Of a stretch of DNA of 64,000 nucleotides, positions 1-14,299 are shown piece by piece (the stretch's first letter is position 1; each line of letters begins with the position of its first letter). The position numbers and the translations under genes were made by a program. Location: NCBI RefSeq assembly GCF_004010195.1, contig NC_057750.1, positions 8,690,727 through 8,754,726 on the forward strand. Reading direction: 5' to 3'. The notes beneath the pieces are model-generated. The model made no database searches. It worked only from the letters and a program-made list of their open reading frames with translations, and was not told the origin of the DNA. The DNA comes from Chiloscyllium plagiosum (lineage: Eukaryota).

Positions 1-610
1 GGGTTGGAATATAAGAGCACCGTTGTGCTACTGAGACTTTATAAGGCTCTGGTTAGGCCCCATTTGGAGTATTGTGTCCAGTTTTGGTCCCCACACCTCA
101 GGAGGGACATACTGGAGTGTGTCCAGCGGAGATTCACACAGATGATTCCTGGAATGGTAGGTCTAACATATGTGGAACGGCTGAGGATCCTGGGATTGTA
201 TTCATTGGAGTTTAGAAGATTAAGGGGAGATCTAATAGAAACTTACAAGATAATACATGGTTTGGAGAGGGTGGACGCTAGGAAATTGTTTCCGTTAGGC
301 GAGGAGACTAGGACCCGTGGACACAGCCTTAGAATTAGAGGTGGTAAATTCAGAACAGAAATGCGGAGACATTTCTTCAGCCAGAGAGAGGTGGACCTGA
401 GGAATTCATTGCCGCAGAGTGCAGTGGAGGCTGGGACGCTAAATGTCTTCAAGGCAGAGATTGATAAATTCTTGATGTCACAAGGAATTAAGCGCTACGG
501 GGAGAATGCGGGTAAGTGGAGTTGAAATGCCCATCAGCCATGATTGAATGGCGGAGTGGACTCAATGGGCCGAATGGCCTTACCTCCGCTCCTATGTCTT
601 ATGGTCTTAT
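1..610 (+). mobile_element. CR1/HER1-type LINE 3' part (ORF2 C-terminus and 3' UTR)
   Basis: ORF 4..525 contains LYKALVRPHLEYCVQFWSP...RRLRGDLIETYKI...RTRGH. Tail is cctatgtcttatggtcttat. Confidence 0.92.
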
Positions 611-1079
611 TCTCTGGATCTCCGGATTTACAGTCTGGCAATAATACCATTGCCTCTCAAGTGGTTTAACCCCTAGTTTTAAAAGTCAGTAAGGGGAATG
701 GAGGTCTAAGAGGTCTTCAGTCCTGGGAATGAATGATTTAGAGTAAAAGATGGTGTAAGTAGCTAAAATCTACCAAATAGAAACAGGACATTTGATCGAA
801 CTTGTCTGTGCTAGTAATTTATGGTCCACATGAGCTTTTCTCCCACCATAGTTTATTTATCCTCACCAACATAGCCTAATAATCCTTTCTCTGTCCTGTG
901 TTTAATAGTTTCTCCTTACAAGCATCAAAGCTATTCAGTCATCTACTCTTCTTAGCCAGTTCCACATTCCTACCATTAAATTTCCCCAGAATTCCCAATT
1001 AGATTTATTAGTGATAACTTTACATAGCTGTCTTCATGATCATATTAACCTTGGTTTGATGTTTGTAGGGTGTGTTTTT

Positions 1080-2220
1080 TTATTTGTTCATGGGATGTGG
1101 GTATCACTAGTAAAACTGTTGCTCATCCCTAATTACTCTGAGAAGGTGATGGTGGTTAGCTGCATTCTTGAACTGCTGCAGACTGTTTCACATGGGTCAC
1201 TCATTGGACTGTTAGGGAGGAGGTTCCAGGATTTTCACCCAGCAACACTGAAGGAAAGATGATATATTTTCAAATCAGGATGATCAGTGGCTTGGAAGAG
1301 AACTTTCTGGTGTTCCCAATTACCTGCTGCCCTTGTCCTTCTAGTGAGTAGAGGTTACGGATTTGCAAGATGCTGTTGAAGGAGCCTTGGTGAATTGCTG
1401 CAGTGCATCCTGCTGATGATGCACAAAAGGTGAATATTGGAGTTGGTGGATGTTGTCCCAATCAGATAGACTACTTTCAGTATCCCCACTAATTTTATTT
1501 ACCTTCTGTGTGGCCCTCCAAAGTCCATGCATGGCAGTGCCTTCCAGAAGTCACTAGCTGCTTTGTCCTGGTGTTGAGCTTTCAACTGTGTTGGACCTGC
1601 ATTTAAATAGGAAAGTTGGGAGTATTCCATCACCATCTTGACTTGTGCCTTTTAGATGACACACAGTCAGAACATGAGTTATGAGCTGCAGGATCAGTCT
1701 TTAGGACTGCACAATTCCCAGCCACAAACCATTTCTTCTAGCTACAGTATTTATACGGCTGGACCTATTTGGTTTCTGGTAAGTGATAACCTCTGTGACA
1801 TTGATGCTCAGAGTTTGTGTTACTAATGTTCTTTTAATGTCAAGAGGTGATGGTTAGATTCTTTCATGTTTACAATGGTCATTGCCTGACTGTTGTGTCA
1901 TGTGAATGCTACTCATCACTTATCAACACAAACCAGATTGTTGTCCAGGCCTTGTTGCATTTGAACATGGACACACTTCAGTATCTGAGAAGGTGCGAAT
2001 GGTGCAATCATCAGCGAACATCCCCACTTTCTGACTTTATGATGGAGGGAAGGTCATTGATAAAACACCTGAAGACGTTGTGCCTAAGACACTGGCCCGG
2101 GAACTCCTGCAGCAACGCGTGAGATAATTGGCCTGCAACAACCATAACCATCTTCCTGTGAGATGGGTATGACTCTAACCGGTAACGAATTTCACCCCTG
2201 ATTCCCATTAACTTCAGTGA
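1080..2220 (-). mobile_element. Old decayed CR1/L2-group LINE fragment (RT region to 3' tail)
   Basis: The minus frame reads ...CFINDLPSIIKSE..., a degenerate GVPQGS..FINDL..FADD region. The 3' tail near 1085-1150 is shared with other repeats in the window. Confidence 0.65.
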
Positions 2221-3084
2221 TGTAGTTAGCTTTCCAGTTCTTCCTGAGCTCTAAGTTCAGAGATGGAATGATCGATAAAGTGGAGAGCGACAAGAAAGTA
2301 ACTGTGAGGATAAATAAGGAAAGACTCAGGGAAGAGCATCACTGCAGGTATTAGCTGAGTGTGCTGTAAGTGAGGGAGCCATTGTGTGCTGTCTTGATAT
2401 AAAGACTGCTCATTCCTTTATTGATTAAATCTGTCAGGCGTTGGTGAGGGGGGGTTGTGAGGAGGTGGCAGGGGTGGTGAGGAGCACTTATTGATTCATG
2501 CTGCGTATTTTTTTTGGTATCTGCATGAAATGTGAAAACAAAAGGCAATGGGAATTGTGAGCTGTGAGTTAGAATCTGTGTCAGACAGAAAAAGATGTTT
2601 TTGTGCCTAGGATTTTGAGCAATGAGCAGCTCAAAGAGACACTTAATGTATCGCATCGGCAAATGAGCCTCTTACCAAACTGTTGCATTATCTTTACTAC
2701 TAATGCAACACCCTTGTCATTATAATCTGCGCCCAATAAATCAACAACAACTTGCACTTGGGTGGCAGAGTGCAGGATCCCCTGAGAAAAATGGGCTCTG
2801 ATCCGTATTTGGAGGTGTCAGAATGGATGACCATCAGCTGGGTCAAATGTGATAAATGAACAGAACTTGGTGAGAGGCAGCATTCAGGTGGCAGAGTTTT
2901 AGCTAAGTCTGGAACTTAGGATAGTTTGCCACTTAGGACAACACAAGCAATATCCCACAGACAACGTTGGGCTGAGAGAGCAGTCTTTTATGTAGAGGAA
3001 GAAGGTTGGTCAGGGCTCCAAGAGAGCTTGGAAGGATCACTCAATCTTCAACTGGGGATTTAGTTGATATCGTTTGTGCAATAG

Positions 3085-3300
3085 AAGAAAGAAGTCACAT
3101 TTATATAGCACCTTTCACCACTTCAGGATGTTCCAAGTACATTATAGCTGATGGAATAGTTTTGAAGTGTAGTTGTACCTGGCAGCCAATTTTCACACAG
3201 CAATTTCCCTCAAATAACAATGTGAAAATTACCAAATAATCTGTTTAGTGTGATTAAATTAAGGGATAAATATTTGGAAGGACAATGGGGAGACTCTAAC
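3085..3300 (-). mobile_element. DeuSINE/SacSINE1-like SINE fragment. Related decayed copies near 5560-5780, 7330-7630, 8790-9200, 21300-21800, 26450-26730, 35990-36550, 48150-48450 and 49640-49820
   Basis: Recurrent motif gcagccaatttgcacacagcaagctcccacaaacagcaatgtgataatg..ataatctg, with 3' tail aaggtgctatataaatg..tctttct. Confidence 0.6.
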
Positions 3301-3609
3301 ACCCTTCTTTTAGGAAGCTGAGGCCAGAAAGGTAAGAGAAATGATGAGGTGAGTCCAGAAGGATGGCAAGGAAGGAGGCATCTTCTAACTGTGCAAGCAA
3401 GTAAACTAGAGAGTGAATGTCAAATTGTCATCAAGCATTTTCACTTTGCTACTTTTTGTTGACCAATAGCCAATGAACTCTCGTGACCCAAGGTCAGGTG
3501 TGAAGGTTGATTGAGATACTGGAGGACTGATTCTCACCACACATCGGCACCTCCTGCAAAAACTAGTACCAGGAAGTGGTTATTCAGCCCTTGAGCATGG
3601 CAAGTCTTA

Positions 3610-3932
3610 CTCATTCATGGTATGTTGATATCACTGGCCAACCCATCCCTAATGTCCCAGAGAGCAGTTAAGAGTCAAATCACATTGCTGTGGGTCTGGA
3701 GTTAGATGTAGACCAGTTTAGGTAATTACAGCAGTTTCCGTCTCTGAAGGGCAGTGAACCAGCTAGGTTTTTTCCCAACAATTGAAATGCATCATTTGAC
3801 CTTTAATTTCAGATATTTATTGAACTTAAATTCCACCATCTGCCATGGCAGGATTCAAACCTGAATCCCCAGAACATTACCTATGTCTGTGGATGACTAA
3901 TCTAGCAAAAATAATGCTAGGCCATTGCCTCC
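3610..3932 (-). mobile_element. tRNA-derived SINE with LINE-derived tail (second family). Related copies near 5990-6530, 13540-13800, 15810-16165, 18250-18480, 19215-19515, 19885-20160 and 55445-55650
   Basis: Minus strand shows A-box-like tggcctag and B-box-like ggtttgaatcc. Shared body ctccagacccacagcaatgtg and tail ttagggatggg...ccatgaatga. Confidence 0.6.
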
Positions 3933-4654
3933 CTTGGATCTTTATCTATCAACATCAATGCCTTGAACAAGCCCTTAATAGCACTTGCCTTATAGAAATT
4001 GGAGGAGATGAGTAGCCATTTCTACACACCCTACTGCTTAATCCTAGCAAGGTCAGCAGCATGTGAAACATGGCTCTGGGAGGGACAGTTTCTTTGGGGG
4101 ACAAACACCTGGATCCACCTGATGGAGTTTCATTAGTATTGAGAACATTGCAACCCCCTGGCTTAGTGGTTTTGATCTCCCCCAAGACACTTGGTTGCTT
4201 TCCACTCTGAGCTCTGTATCTTAATTGTGCATGGCATGATGCAAGAGGGAGGGCTGTTGCTGGCAGTAACACAGCACCTAGCCCTCTCTCATCTACAATG
4301 TGCAACAGCATTGTTAGGAGAAAATTAGTTTATTGATTCACTCTCAGCCATGATAGATTCCTCTCTCATTATTCAAATTCCCCACACGTGGGGTGCAGGC
4401 TCAACTTGCCGGCATCAATGTCAGGGAGACAGATAGGGTCTTTATCACAAGACAAAGATTCGATGATGACAGTATTACAGGATCTTTTATTATCATCTCT
4501 CAGGTCATGAATTCTGCTGCTGTTAGACAATAAAAGTGTCCATTAACAATATGGTACAAGGGAGACGTCCCACTAGATGTATTCTCCTACGCCTCTCTGT
4601 GCATTCAATGGCAAGGTTACACAGTTAACTATAATTACTGGGCCTTGACCACCA

Positions 4655-4793
<139 letters not shown>

Positions 4794-7700
4794 AATTTGG
4801 AACTCATGAATTCTGCTACCAGCCCCTGCACCAGTAAATACAAACTGCAATAAATATTAACCCTGTGAAGACCAGCATGACTGTTTTAAACACTAGATCA
4901 TTACTAAATTAGGTGCCTATAATTCTACAACTTGCACATGTCAGTCATTGGGTGCTTGCCTCACTGTAATGGCAAGGACATTTACAGTGCACCTTTGATT
5001 AGAGTCAGTTGTGGGTCACTGGGCAATGCCCTTGATTTAGGTGCCAGGAAGTCCATTGGTTCTCCAGACACTTGAGGCCAGTACTCCTAAGGTGATGTTA
5101 CTGAGAGAGCACTGCGTAGGCAGTGGTGTTGACTCTTGGGCAAGATGTTAAACTGACCCCCTCTTTTACTCTTGGATTTGTTCTGAAAGATAATGGTTCT
5201 AAACAAGTTAATGTTGAATCTGCATTGAGCCCCGCCAAATCTAATTGTATCCCACAGTGTTTGAGGAGAGAAGAAGCAGTCAAGCACAAAGTCCTGATGG
5301 AAATGGATAAGTCAGCACTGGCTCCTCATAGTCTCTGTAATAGTGCCAAACTAGACAATGTAGCTTGTAACAGTAGCTATCATGCAATAAACTAATTCCT
5401 GTTGTATAAGATAAATACCACTTCTTGTTAAGACTCACTAGTTGTTTATCCCCTACCACTGTTGATTAGATAGGCACTTAATTACTTAGGACAGAATGGA
5501 GGATTGCTTGCAGCACTCTACGCCAAACATAAGCGATTGGTTTTGGTACCACAACATATGACAGTATCCACCCATCGCAGTTGATTTTTATGCACAGCAA
5601 GATCCCAAACACATGAACTAAAGATGTAACTCTGTTTTTATGAAGTCACTTGAGGAAGGAATGAAGCCCAAAACTGCTCCTTGTCAGTGTTGCCTTACAG
5701 ACAGATGACTGAGGCACAGCCTGAGATTATTTGCTCATGTCCTAGGGGTGAGCCTTTAATTTGTGATCTTTTAGGTTAGGTTGTGATTGTGATGTAACTT
5801 GTGATCTGGCATTGGGCTATTACTATAATGCTTAAAAACAAAGTTTATATTTCACATGACTTTACAGGAAAAGGTGCAAGGATGATGTTAAAATCAGAAC
5901 TGTGAGTTTATACATGTCAGGAAAGACAGAACAGACTGAAGCTCTTCTCTCAAAAAGAGAAGGGGCAGGGTGGAGGTCGATGGGTTGATGGCCTGGTCAT
6001 CCAGAGAGCTAGGCTAGCACTTTGACAAAATGGGTTCAAATCCCTGTATTCAATTATTAAATTATTCTGTAATTGAAAGCTAGTCAGTGATGGTGACCAT
6101 GACGACAATCATCAATTGTTATAAAAATATATTTGTTTCATTAATACCTCTTTAAGGAAGGAAATCTGCTGCACTTACCCGGTCTGGCCTACATGTGCCT
6201 CCAGACCTATAGTGAAGTCATAAAGGCGTACAGCACAGAAAATGTCCCTTCAGTCCATTGGGTCAAAAACAAGCATCTAACTATTCTAATGTAATTTTCC
6301 AGCACTTGGTCCATAGCTTTGTATACCTTGGCATCACAAGCACATCTAAATACTTTTGAAATATAATGAGGGCTTCTGCCTTTATCACCCTTACAGGCAG
6401 TGAGTTCCAGATTCCCACCACTGTCTGGGTGAATTTTTTTTTCCCTCTGACTCTGAAATGGTCCAGTCAGCCACTCACCTAGGAGATGGGCAAGAAACGC
6501 AGGTCTTACCATCTATGTCCACATCTCATGAAAGCTGAGGAATGATCTGATTGGGTTATTCAAACATTTGGTTAGACAGACCATCAAAATTGAGGACTAG
6601 TCTTTGCTTGGGTTCAGTGGGTCTGAGATGGTTCTGGTAAATCCAATGTGTGATTGGCAAACTGTGCCACATACATTGTAGGTGATGCTGGAACACTTGG
6701 GGAGATGTTGGTTGGAGGTTTGTTTCCTTCCCTCTGAAGCCTTGATTTCACCTCCACATTCCCAGTGAAATTTTTGATGTGTTTGATGCCTTCTTAGATA
6801 AGCTCCTTGATTCCGGTCGGTCACAGCTGAGGGTCCCCCACAACTCAGTGGTGAATGTTTGACCTCTTCAGAGATGTTGGGGAGGCGCAAAGGTCCTCCT
6901 GGGAGTCTTCTGCTACAGCCATGTTCCAAGCAGATCAGTTTTTAAAATTTATGCATGGGATGTGGTCATCACTGGTTATGCAAATATTTATTGCCTATTC
7001 CTAATTGCCCCTTGAAACAGTGCCTTTTTGAACTACTGCAGTCCGAGTGGTGCAGGGACATACATAGTGCAGTACCTGTTTTGCACAGTACATGAGCAAA
7101 ACAATGGGGAACTGTAGACTTCTCCAAGCTCCCAGCTAGTTTATAAAAGATGCAAGGCTTGAACATTTTCCTTTCGTTTGCAGAGGATGGGTCCCAATGT
7201 ATGTAGCTTTTATTAAGTGCAAAGGTTATGAGAACAACTGATAATCTTAAATGGATTGCTAGAGTAGTTATTGGTACACTCAGGACTGTTCAGCAAGGGC
7301 TATCCAATCATGGCATCACTGCGAATAGCAGACATTTGCTTTGGGTTTTGCAAGACAAATTGCAGCCAATTTATGTACAGTACGCTTCCACAATCAGGAA
7401 TGTGTAAATGACCACATAATCTTGTTTTAGTGATGTTAGTTGTAGGACAAATTTTAGAAATAATGGAGAACTCCTCTGTCCTTTCTTTGAACTGTGCAAC
7501 AAGATGCTTTGTATTGGGCTGAGGGGACAGACCTTGGCTCAATGTGTCATAAAAAAGAAGCAGTTCCAACAATTCAGCACTCCCTCTGTAGCTCACTGGG
7601 AGAGCCAGTCTGAATTAAATGCTCAAGTGTTTAGTGTCTGATATTCCATTCGAAAAGGATTCCATCCTTTAGCAATGACATTCTTCACCAGACTGTCCAA

Positions 7701-8069
7701 AAATCACTAAAATTATTTTTTAAAATGAATACCTTGGTTGTGATAATAAATCTTCCCTTACAGCCAGTAACAAAATTACAGCCTTTAACTATTTGGAATG
7801 CAGTAACTCTCTGAAGGATGTACCTTGCTGTAATTATTTGCCAATATATCTTTGAAATTCTCTGTCATGTGTAAATGGAGTGAGATCAAGTAGAGAATTT
7901 TCTATCGATGCCTGAGGTTTAGGTACTTACATAAATCCCTCATTTATTTATTCACTTCAACTGGTACCATCGTCGGCAGGAGTTTTTTTTCTTATGTGTT
8001 TTGTTGCGATATGGGACACTTTCAATTTTGAGCACTCACTGTCACCATTAAAATTTGGTATAAATGAGA

Positions 8070-8330
8070 TTGTCCCCATCAAACACTTTCAGGACAGTTT
8101 TAGTACGGGATTAGGTACAGAATAAACCTTCATCAAGTGCTTCTAAGATAGGTATTGCACAGGATTAGCTATAGAGTAAAGCTACCTCTACATTGCCCTC
8201 ATCAAAAACTCCCAGGATAGGGACAGCATGGGGTTAGGTACAGTAAAGCTTCCTCTGTGCTGCTGTCATCAAACATTCCCAGGACTCATATAGCACAGTA
8301 TTAGATACAGAGTAAAGCTTCTTCTACAAT
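8070..8330 (-). repeat. Degenerate tandem repeat (~60-65 bp unit), same family as 62070-64000
   Basis: Repeated tacagagtaaagct..ctctac..tgtccccatcaaacactcccaggacagg. Confidence 0.75.
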
Positions 8331-9299
8331 GGTGCTTCTTGCTGTTTAACTGGTACTGTTTGAGGAGATATTTAGTCAACAAGAAAGGGCCTCAGTGGTA
8401 AAATCTGTTCTTTAAAGAGGTCTCAAAGCTGAGGCTCCCTCTTAAAGGCAGAACCTTCCTTGGGGTTATAAATCCACTTCTCTCTTTGGATCAGTCAATT
8501 CTTTGATGTTCAAACCATTTGGGAGATCAAAGGAATAATTGGGCTTCAGTATGCAGCAATGCTTTCACCCTGGGTAAGATCCAATCTGTAACCGTGCTAT
8601 GTAAATGTCATTAATATATAGGCATTCTTAGAGGATTATCCAAATGGAATACGTGCTGAAGTTTCACTATTTTACTTTGATATTGGGCAGTTTAGTGATA
8701 GGTTCTTGAAGAACTTTCAGCTATAGAAATCTTTGTACTTTCCAAACAAACTTCGTACTGATTAGTTTTTTTTGAGGGGCTGTCACGGTTGTTATGTAGA
8801 AAACAAGCAACAAATTTGTGCACAGCAAGCTCCAACAATCAACAGTATTTTTGGATTTAAAACAACTAATTTGTGGATAATTATCACATTCTCTGTGAAT
8901 TGTCCATATTTAGCTCCCACCTCCGCAACATACACACCTGAGAGTGCAGACCAATCCTCCAGTAAATTTGTCATCTGACAGCCATCCTGACTCCACTGCC
9001 CTCTGCACTGCTGTGGGAGTCTCAGCTATCATTCTGTGCTCACTTTCTTCTTCAAAGGTGAGAATGCTACCCACTAGTTGGCACCTGGGCAGGATAGAGA
9101 AACTATGCAACCAATGGTCCCCAAACAATATCAGTCTGTTGGCACAATCCTTGTGGGTCCTTGCTGTGTGAAAATTGACCACTGCATTTCCTACATTTCA
9201 TGGTAACAAAAGTGACTCTCTTGTGGCATAGTCATAGTGTCTCTAACCCTGGACCAAAACATCTCTGAACAGGCTGATTAGGAAATATAGATTAAATTT

Positions 9300-9630
9300 T
9301 GGGCAGCACATTGACTCAGTAGTTAGCACTGCTGCCTCACAACGCCAGGTTCCCGGGTTTAGGCCTGCCTCAAGTGACTGTGTGGAGTTTGCATATTCTC
9401 CCTGTGTCTGTGTGGGTTTCCTCCCACAGTCCAAAGATGTGTAGGTTAGGTGGATTGGTCATGCTAAATTGCCCATGGTGTTCAGGGATGTGTAGGCTAG
9501 CATTAGTCAGGGGAAATATAGATTAATAAGTAGGGGAATGGGTCTGGCTGGGTTACTCTTCGGAGGGTCGGTGTGGACTTGTTGGGCCAAATGGCCTGTT
9601 TCCACACTGTAGGGATTCTATGATTCTATG
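9300..9630 (+). mobile_element. HE1-type (V-SINE) shark SINE
   Basis: tRNA-like head gttagcactgctgcctcac, core gtgtggagtttgca..ttctccc..gtgtctg..tgggtttcc, tail gggattctatgattctatg. Confidence 0.9.
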
Positions 9631-10789
9631 ACTTGATGTGAGAAGTACTTCATTGATTACAAGGCATTAGTCGCCTTGAGGTGGTGCTATAGATATACAA
9701 TTTTTATTTTTCTTCTCAGAAGTGTACATTTACTTTCATTGTAAATCCTGCAAATCCTGAGATTTGGCTCTTGCTATTTGAATCTGATTTATGTTCTGCA
9801 TTGTTTAGACACTTTTATCCACCACTGTCCTCCTGCAACATTCCGTGATATCTACACTTCTCCTCTTGTCTCTTATGAGACCAATTTTAATTTTGTGGCT
9901 CAACAATAAATGGCCGCGCTTTCAGCTGCCTGGGTTCTAAGCTCTGGAGATACCAACCTAAACCTCACGCCTCTCCCTTCTTCTTTGTAAAAAGGTCCTG
10001 ACAACTTCCCTCTTTGATGGAGCTTTTGGATAGCTCTTTCATGACATCTCCTCGTGTGGCTCTGCATCAGGTTATATTCATTGAAGCTGCTGCGAAGCCT
10101 GGGTATGTGTTCACTGTACGTGAAGGCACCATCTGAATGCAGGCTGTCAGTGGACTAGGCTGAGGCTGTGAACCAGCTCATCACCTTTACTGAATTAATC
10201 CAGCTACCTTTGATACATCAACTTTGAAATTCCATAAATCATTTCTTTGGCAGTCCTGAGAGAGTCTGTCTCTACGACAGTTGTTATTCCCTTACTATCT
10301 CCCCCTCACAACCTATTTGAAATGTCGAGTTTGTACTGAACCTCCTGTAGGCCCAGTGAGAGGGGGCTCTGGGGCCTCATGGACTCTCCTCTTATCAGAC
10401 AGTCTGCGTTTTACAAATTCAACAGCTTGAGTTCAGCCCCCAAGCAATCTTCAGGCAAAGATCACTCAGACTTTGATGAAGTATTCAATTATGATTGAGC
10501 GCCGAGAACTGAATACTCCCGGGACCCCCGAACCTGAATTTTTCCACCGAAGAAACACTAACGTTTGCTTTCAGATGTATGAAAGGTCTGCAGCCTCTTA
10601 AGAAATTCATGGATGTTCTTCTACAAGACCAGTGAGTGTGTCCGTTAACAAACTTCTCACCTGCGAAAAAAAATTATTAAAAATGTAGCTTAAGGTGTCT
10701 GGAGCACCTTCTCAGTTGAGGGGATGTCAGACCACATTAAAAATCATTTGTCACTATGGAATTCATAGCCTGCAAGTTTATTCAGAATT

Positions 10790-11375
10790 ATTTGGATTTG
10801 GTAAAACTATATGAGGCATTAGTCAGACCGCAGCTGGAATACTGTGAACGGTTCAGGGCCCCTTATCTCAGGAACAGTATAGTGGCATTAGAAACAATCC
10901 ATTGATGGTTCACTAGTCTGACACTGGGTATGGAAGGACTGTCTTATGAAGAGAAGTTGAATAGGTGGGCCTGTGCTATTTGGAGTTTGCAGGATAGACA
11001 GGTTGCCTTCTTGAAACATACAAGATTCTTATGGGACTTGACAGGGCAGATTGGGAGTGGTTTTTTCCCCTTGTGGAAGAACCTAGGACCAGAGGGATTA
11101 TTTTCAGAATAAGAGGTCTTACATTTAAGAGATGAAGAGGAATTTCTTCTCTCAGAGGGGAGTAAATCTGTAAAATTCTTTACCACAGAAGGCTGTCGAG
11201 AAAAGTTCAGTAAGTATATTCAGTGCTGACATAGATTTTTAATCAGCATGAGTTGTGGGGAAAAGGCAGAAAAGTGGAGTTGAGTGTTATCAGATCAGCT
11301 ATGCTGTCATTGAATGGCAGAGCAGACTTGATGGGCTGAATAGCCTACTTCTGCTCCTCCATCTTATATTCTTAT
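10790..11375 (+). mobile_element. CR1 LINE 3' fragment
   Basis: Degenerate LVRPQLEYC / GLSYEEKL coding remnants and CR1 3' UTR (gatcagctatg..ttgaatggcagagcagac..cctacttctgctcct). Confidence 0.85.
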
Positions 11376-11964
11376 TTTAGTTCCCTGTGAAATTCAAGCA
11401 GGTATTATTTCGATATGGTCTGTGTTTGAACTTTAGAGTGATTTTAATACTTTCTGCTCAGTTTGGGTTGCCAACTCTAGTAGGCCCTGATCCTTGAGGT
11501 TTCATCACAAGACTTCATGCTGCTTCCAAATACCTACCTGCACCCCACCCTACATACCTGCCATTGGTAGCTCATCATCAATATGAACCGTGTTTGCACC
11601 AATCTGAAATGGAAGGGACCCTCCCATTATCTAATTAGAAGCTTCAGTCAGATTTTAAAAAGTATGCTCGTCAATAATCCTAAATCTTCAAGTAAATTTT
11701 AAAGAGCTCAAAAGCTGTGATTTTTCTCTGGTGTTGTGCTCACAGCAGTGTCATAGAGATTTACCTTCAATTTATTAAGACTCTAGGCCAAGCCTGGAGT
11801 GTTGGCAACTGCACAAATAAATTTACTATTACCCTTCCCCTCTCCCATTCCCATGCACCAATCCTGCCGGCTTCTGGCAGTAAAGTCAGCCATCTGGTCC
11901 TTCTTTGCATATGGCGCCATTGAGCCCCAACCTGTACTTTTAAGCAGACAGGAAACCTCTGTGA

Positions 11965-12077
11965 GAAGGTGCTGGAGATCAGAGTCAAAAACTGTGGTGC
12001 TGGAAAAGCACAGCAGGTCAGGCAGCATCCGAGGAGCAGGGGAGTCCACAATTCAGGCATAAGCCCTTCATCAGGAA
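11965..12077 (-). mobile_element. Short Penelope-like terminal fragment with 16-bp direct repeat (caggaaacctctgtga at 11949-11964 and 12072-12087)
   Basis: Matches the PLE terminus at 15130-15262 and 45900-46025. Confidence 0.85.
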
Positions 12078-14299
12078 ACCTCTGTGACCTTCTAACTCAG
12101 CGAAACCAGCAGGAGTGGAGGAATCAGGGCAGTGGGGAGGAGGAGAAAGGAAATGGGGTTTTATTTTGGGGAAAGTTAGAAAATTGCAATGGAGATCAAT
12201 GGGAAGATGTTGAGAAAGTGGCTAGAACTTCTGTGCCTGTGTCCAAATCAGAATGGGGTTGGGGGGATTTAAAAATGGCAGGATACAATTGTGAGATGCC
12301 CACATCCTTTCTGTTCTGTGGGTTTTTTATGACCCTGAGATAGGGGTGCGGGTAGCGAGGACGCCTCAGCAATCCCACTGCTGCCCGCTCCACTGCAGGG
12401 GGTGAATATCTGCAGTAACTTCCAAATAATTTGCTAGAAGATGTGGTTCATAGGTAAGCTCAACCCCAAGTGGGAATCCAAAAAGAAACAGTCCCTGATT
12501 GTGGAATTCTTTAATTGACATAATTTGAAATATTAAAAATGAAAAAAAGTTATTTTAGTGTCAATAGATGGATGCTGTATTATAAGTTGGATGTGTTTTT
12601 ACTGCTTGTGTTGATCATAGGGCTCTGACCAGCAAAGCTACATGATCATTTAATTGACTACCTTTGTGTTAGCATTGACAGGCATCATAGTACTTTTCCC
12701 AAAAGAGAAAGTGCTATCATACATTCAAAACTGTATTCTAAGTTCAAAACTGAAAAGGGCCTGTACTGGGAAACTTGTTTTGGATTGAGATTCAAATAAA
12801 CAATGTCTTTAGCTTTGAAGGAAAAAAAACTGACCTGATGTACTCCAAGAATTGATAGATAAACTGAAAAAGAACACCATCTGCAGCTTAGAAATAAGGC
12901 TACCCAATGTTTCAGTTCAGACTCCACTATTGACAGTTCCCAGAGTCTTTTAGCCAAAACTATCGAATGCTTGCCTGAGTTCCAAAAAGTCTCGAGTGCT
13001 AATATCAGCGAAGTGGAGGTGGAGAGGGTGCTGCCTTTAATGTTGATTAATTTTAAGAGGTTTTAAATGATTACCTGTCTTTGATGCTGTAAGTGAATAA
13101 GTGCTTGGTTTCATAACAGATTGTCCACTTGAGGGTTTTTTTTTTGCAAGGGTTTTATGGATGTATGTTTTCAGCGTGAAGTGTCTTTGAATGTGACAGC
13201 TTTAATAGGTTGTTCGAAGTTTATTTTTTCAAGCTCATTTCAAAGATAGGGATTATTCAGGCATGGAGTCGAGGTGGGAGAAGGACAGGTGCATGTAGGG
13301 TGAGTGAGGTGTTGAGGGTAAGGTAGTCAATCTTAAAACTGGACAGGCCTGTTAGCCTAGCTGACCACCTACCTCCATGTCACCTTTTTCTCGCTCCATC
13401 TCGTTCCGCACCTTCAAAACAAAAATGTAGTAGATAGGGAACCTTTTAAAACAGTTGAGACAGAGAGGTTTCCTCACTTATACCTTCATGCCTCTTTCAC
13501 AAAGTCTTCCTCCTTCTTGAGGAGAGAAAGATTTTATTCATTCATGAGAAGTGGACATCATTGAGCCAGTATTTACTGTCCATTACTAATTGCCCAGAGG
13601 GAAGTTCAGAATCAGGCATAATGCTGTAGGTCTGAAGTCACACATAGGCCAGACTAGGTAAGGACAACAGAATTACTTTCTTAAAGGACATTAGTAAACA
13701 AGATGGAATTTTACGACAATCAACAATGGTCACAATTCGGCTAGCTTTTATTCCAAATTTTTATTGAATTCAAATTTCATCATCAGCCATTGAGCCTATG
13801 AAGCCTGAAATACTAGTCCAATGTCATCTTCTCTCCACAGAGTCATGACTATCATCACTAATTAAAGTCCAAAAAAATTTCAATTAGAAACTCTCTCAAC
13901 CAGAGTGGTGAGAATGTAGGAGCTTGTAACAGAGAGAGTAGGCAAGGAGGATAACACAGATGGGTAGATGGTGACATTGTAGTAATTTATTTCATTTATT
14001 GTCACATGTAACTTGCTACAAATACAATGAAAAGTGTTGTATAATGTCACCATCTCAGCACCATCTTAAAACACGGAAAATTAAATAAATAAATAAAGAA
14101 AATGTGTTCAACTTTACAGTCTTTTTTGTGAAGTGTTCCACCATGGGCCTGGTGACCAGGCACGAGACCCCTTCACTGCGCTGCCGTTACCAGAATGAAA
14201 GTCACCACTCTTCGGCACCATCTCACCTCCACTGAGACCATCGGCATTATGAGTCCTCATTGGACTTCAACAACGCAGATGCCACAAATGCCACCTGGT

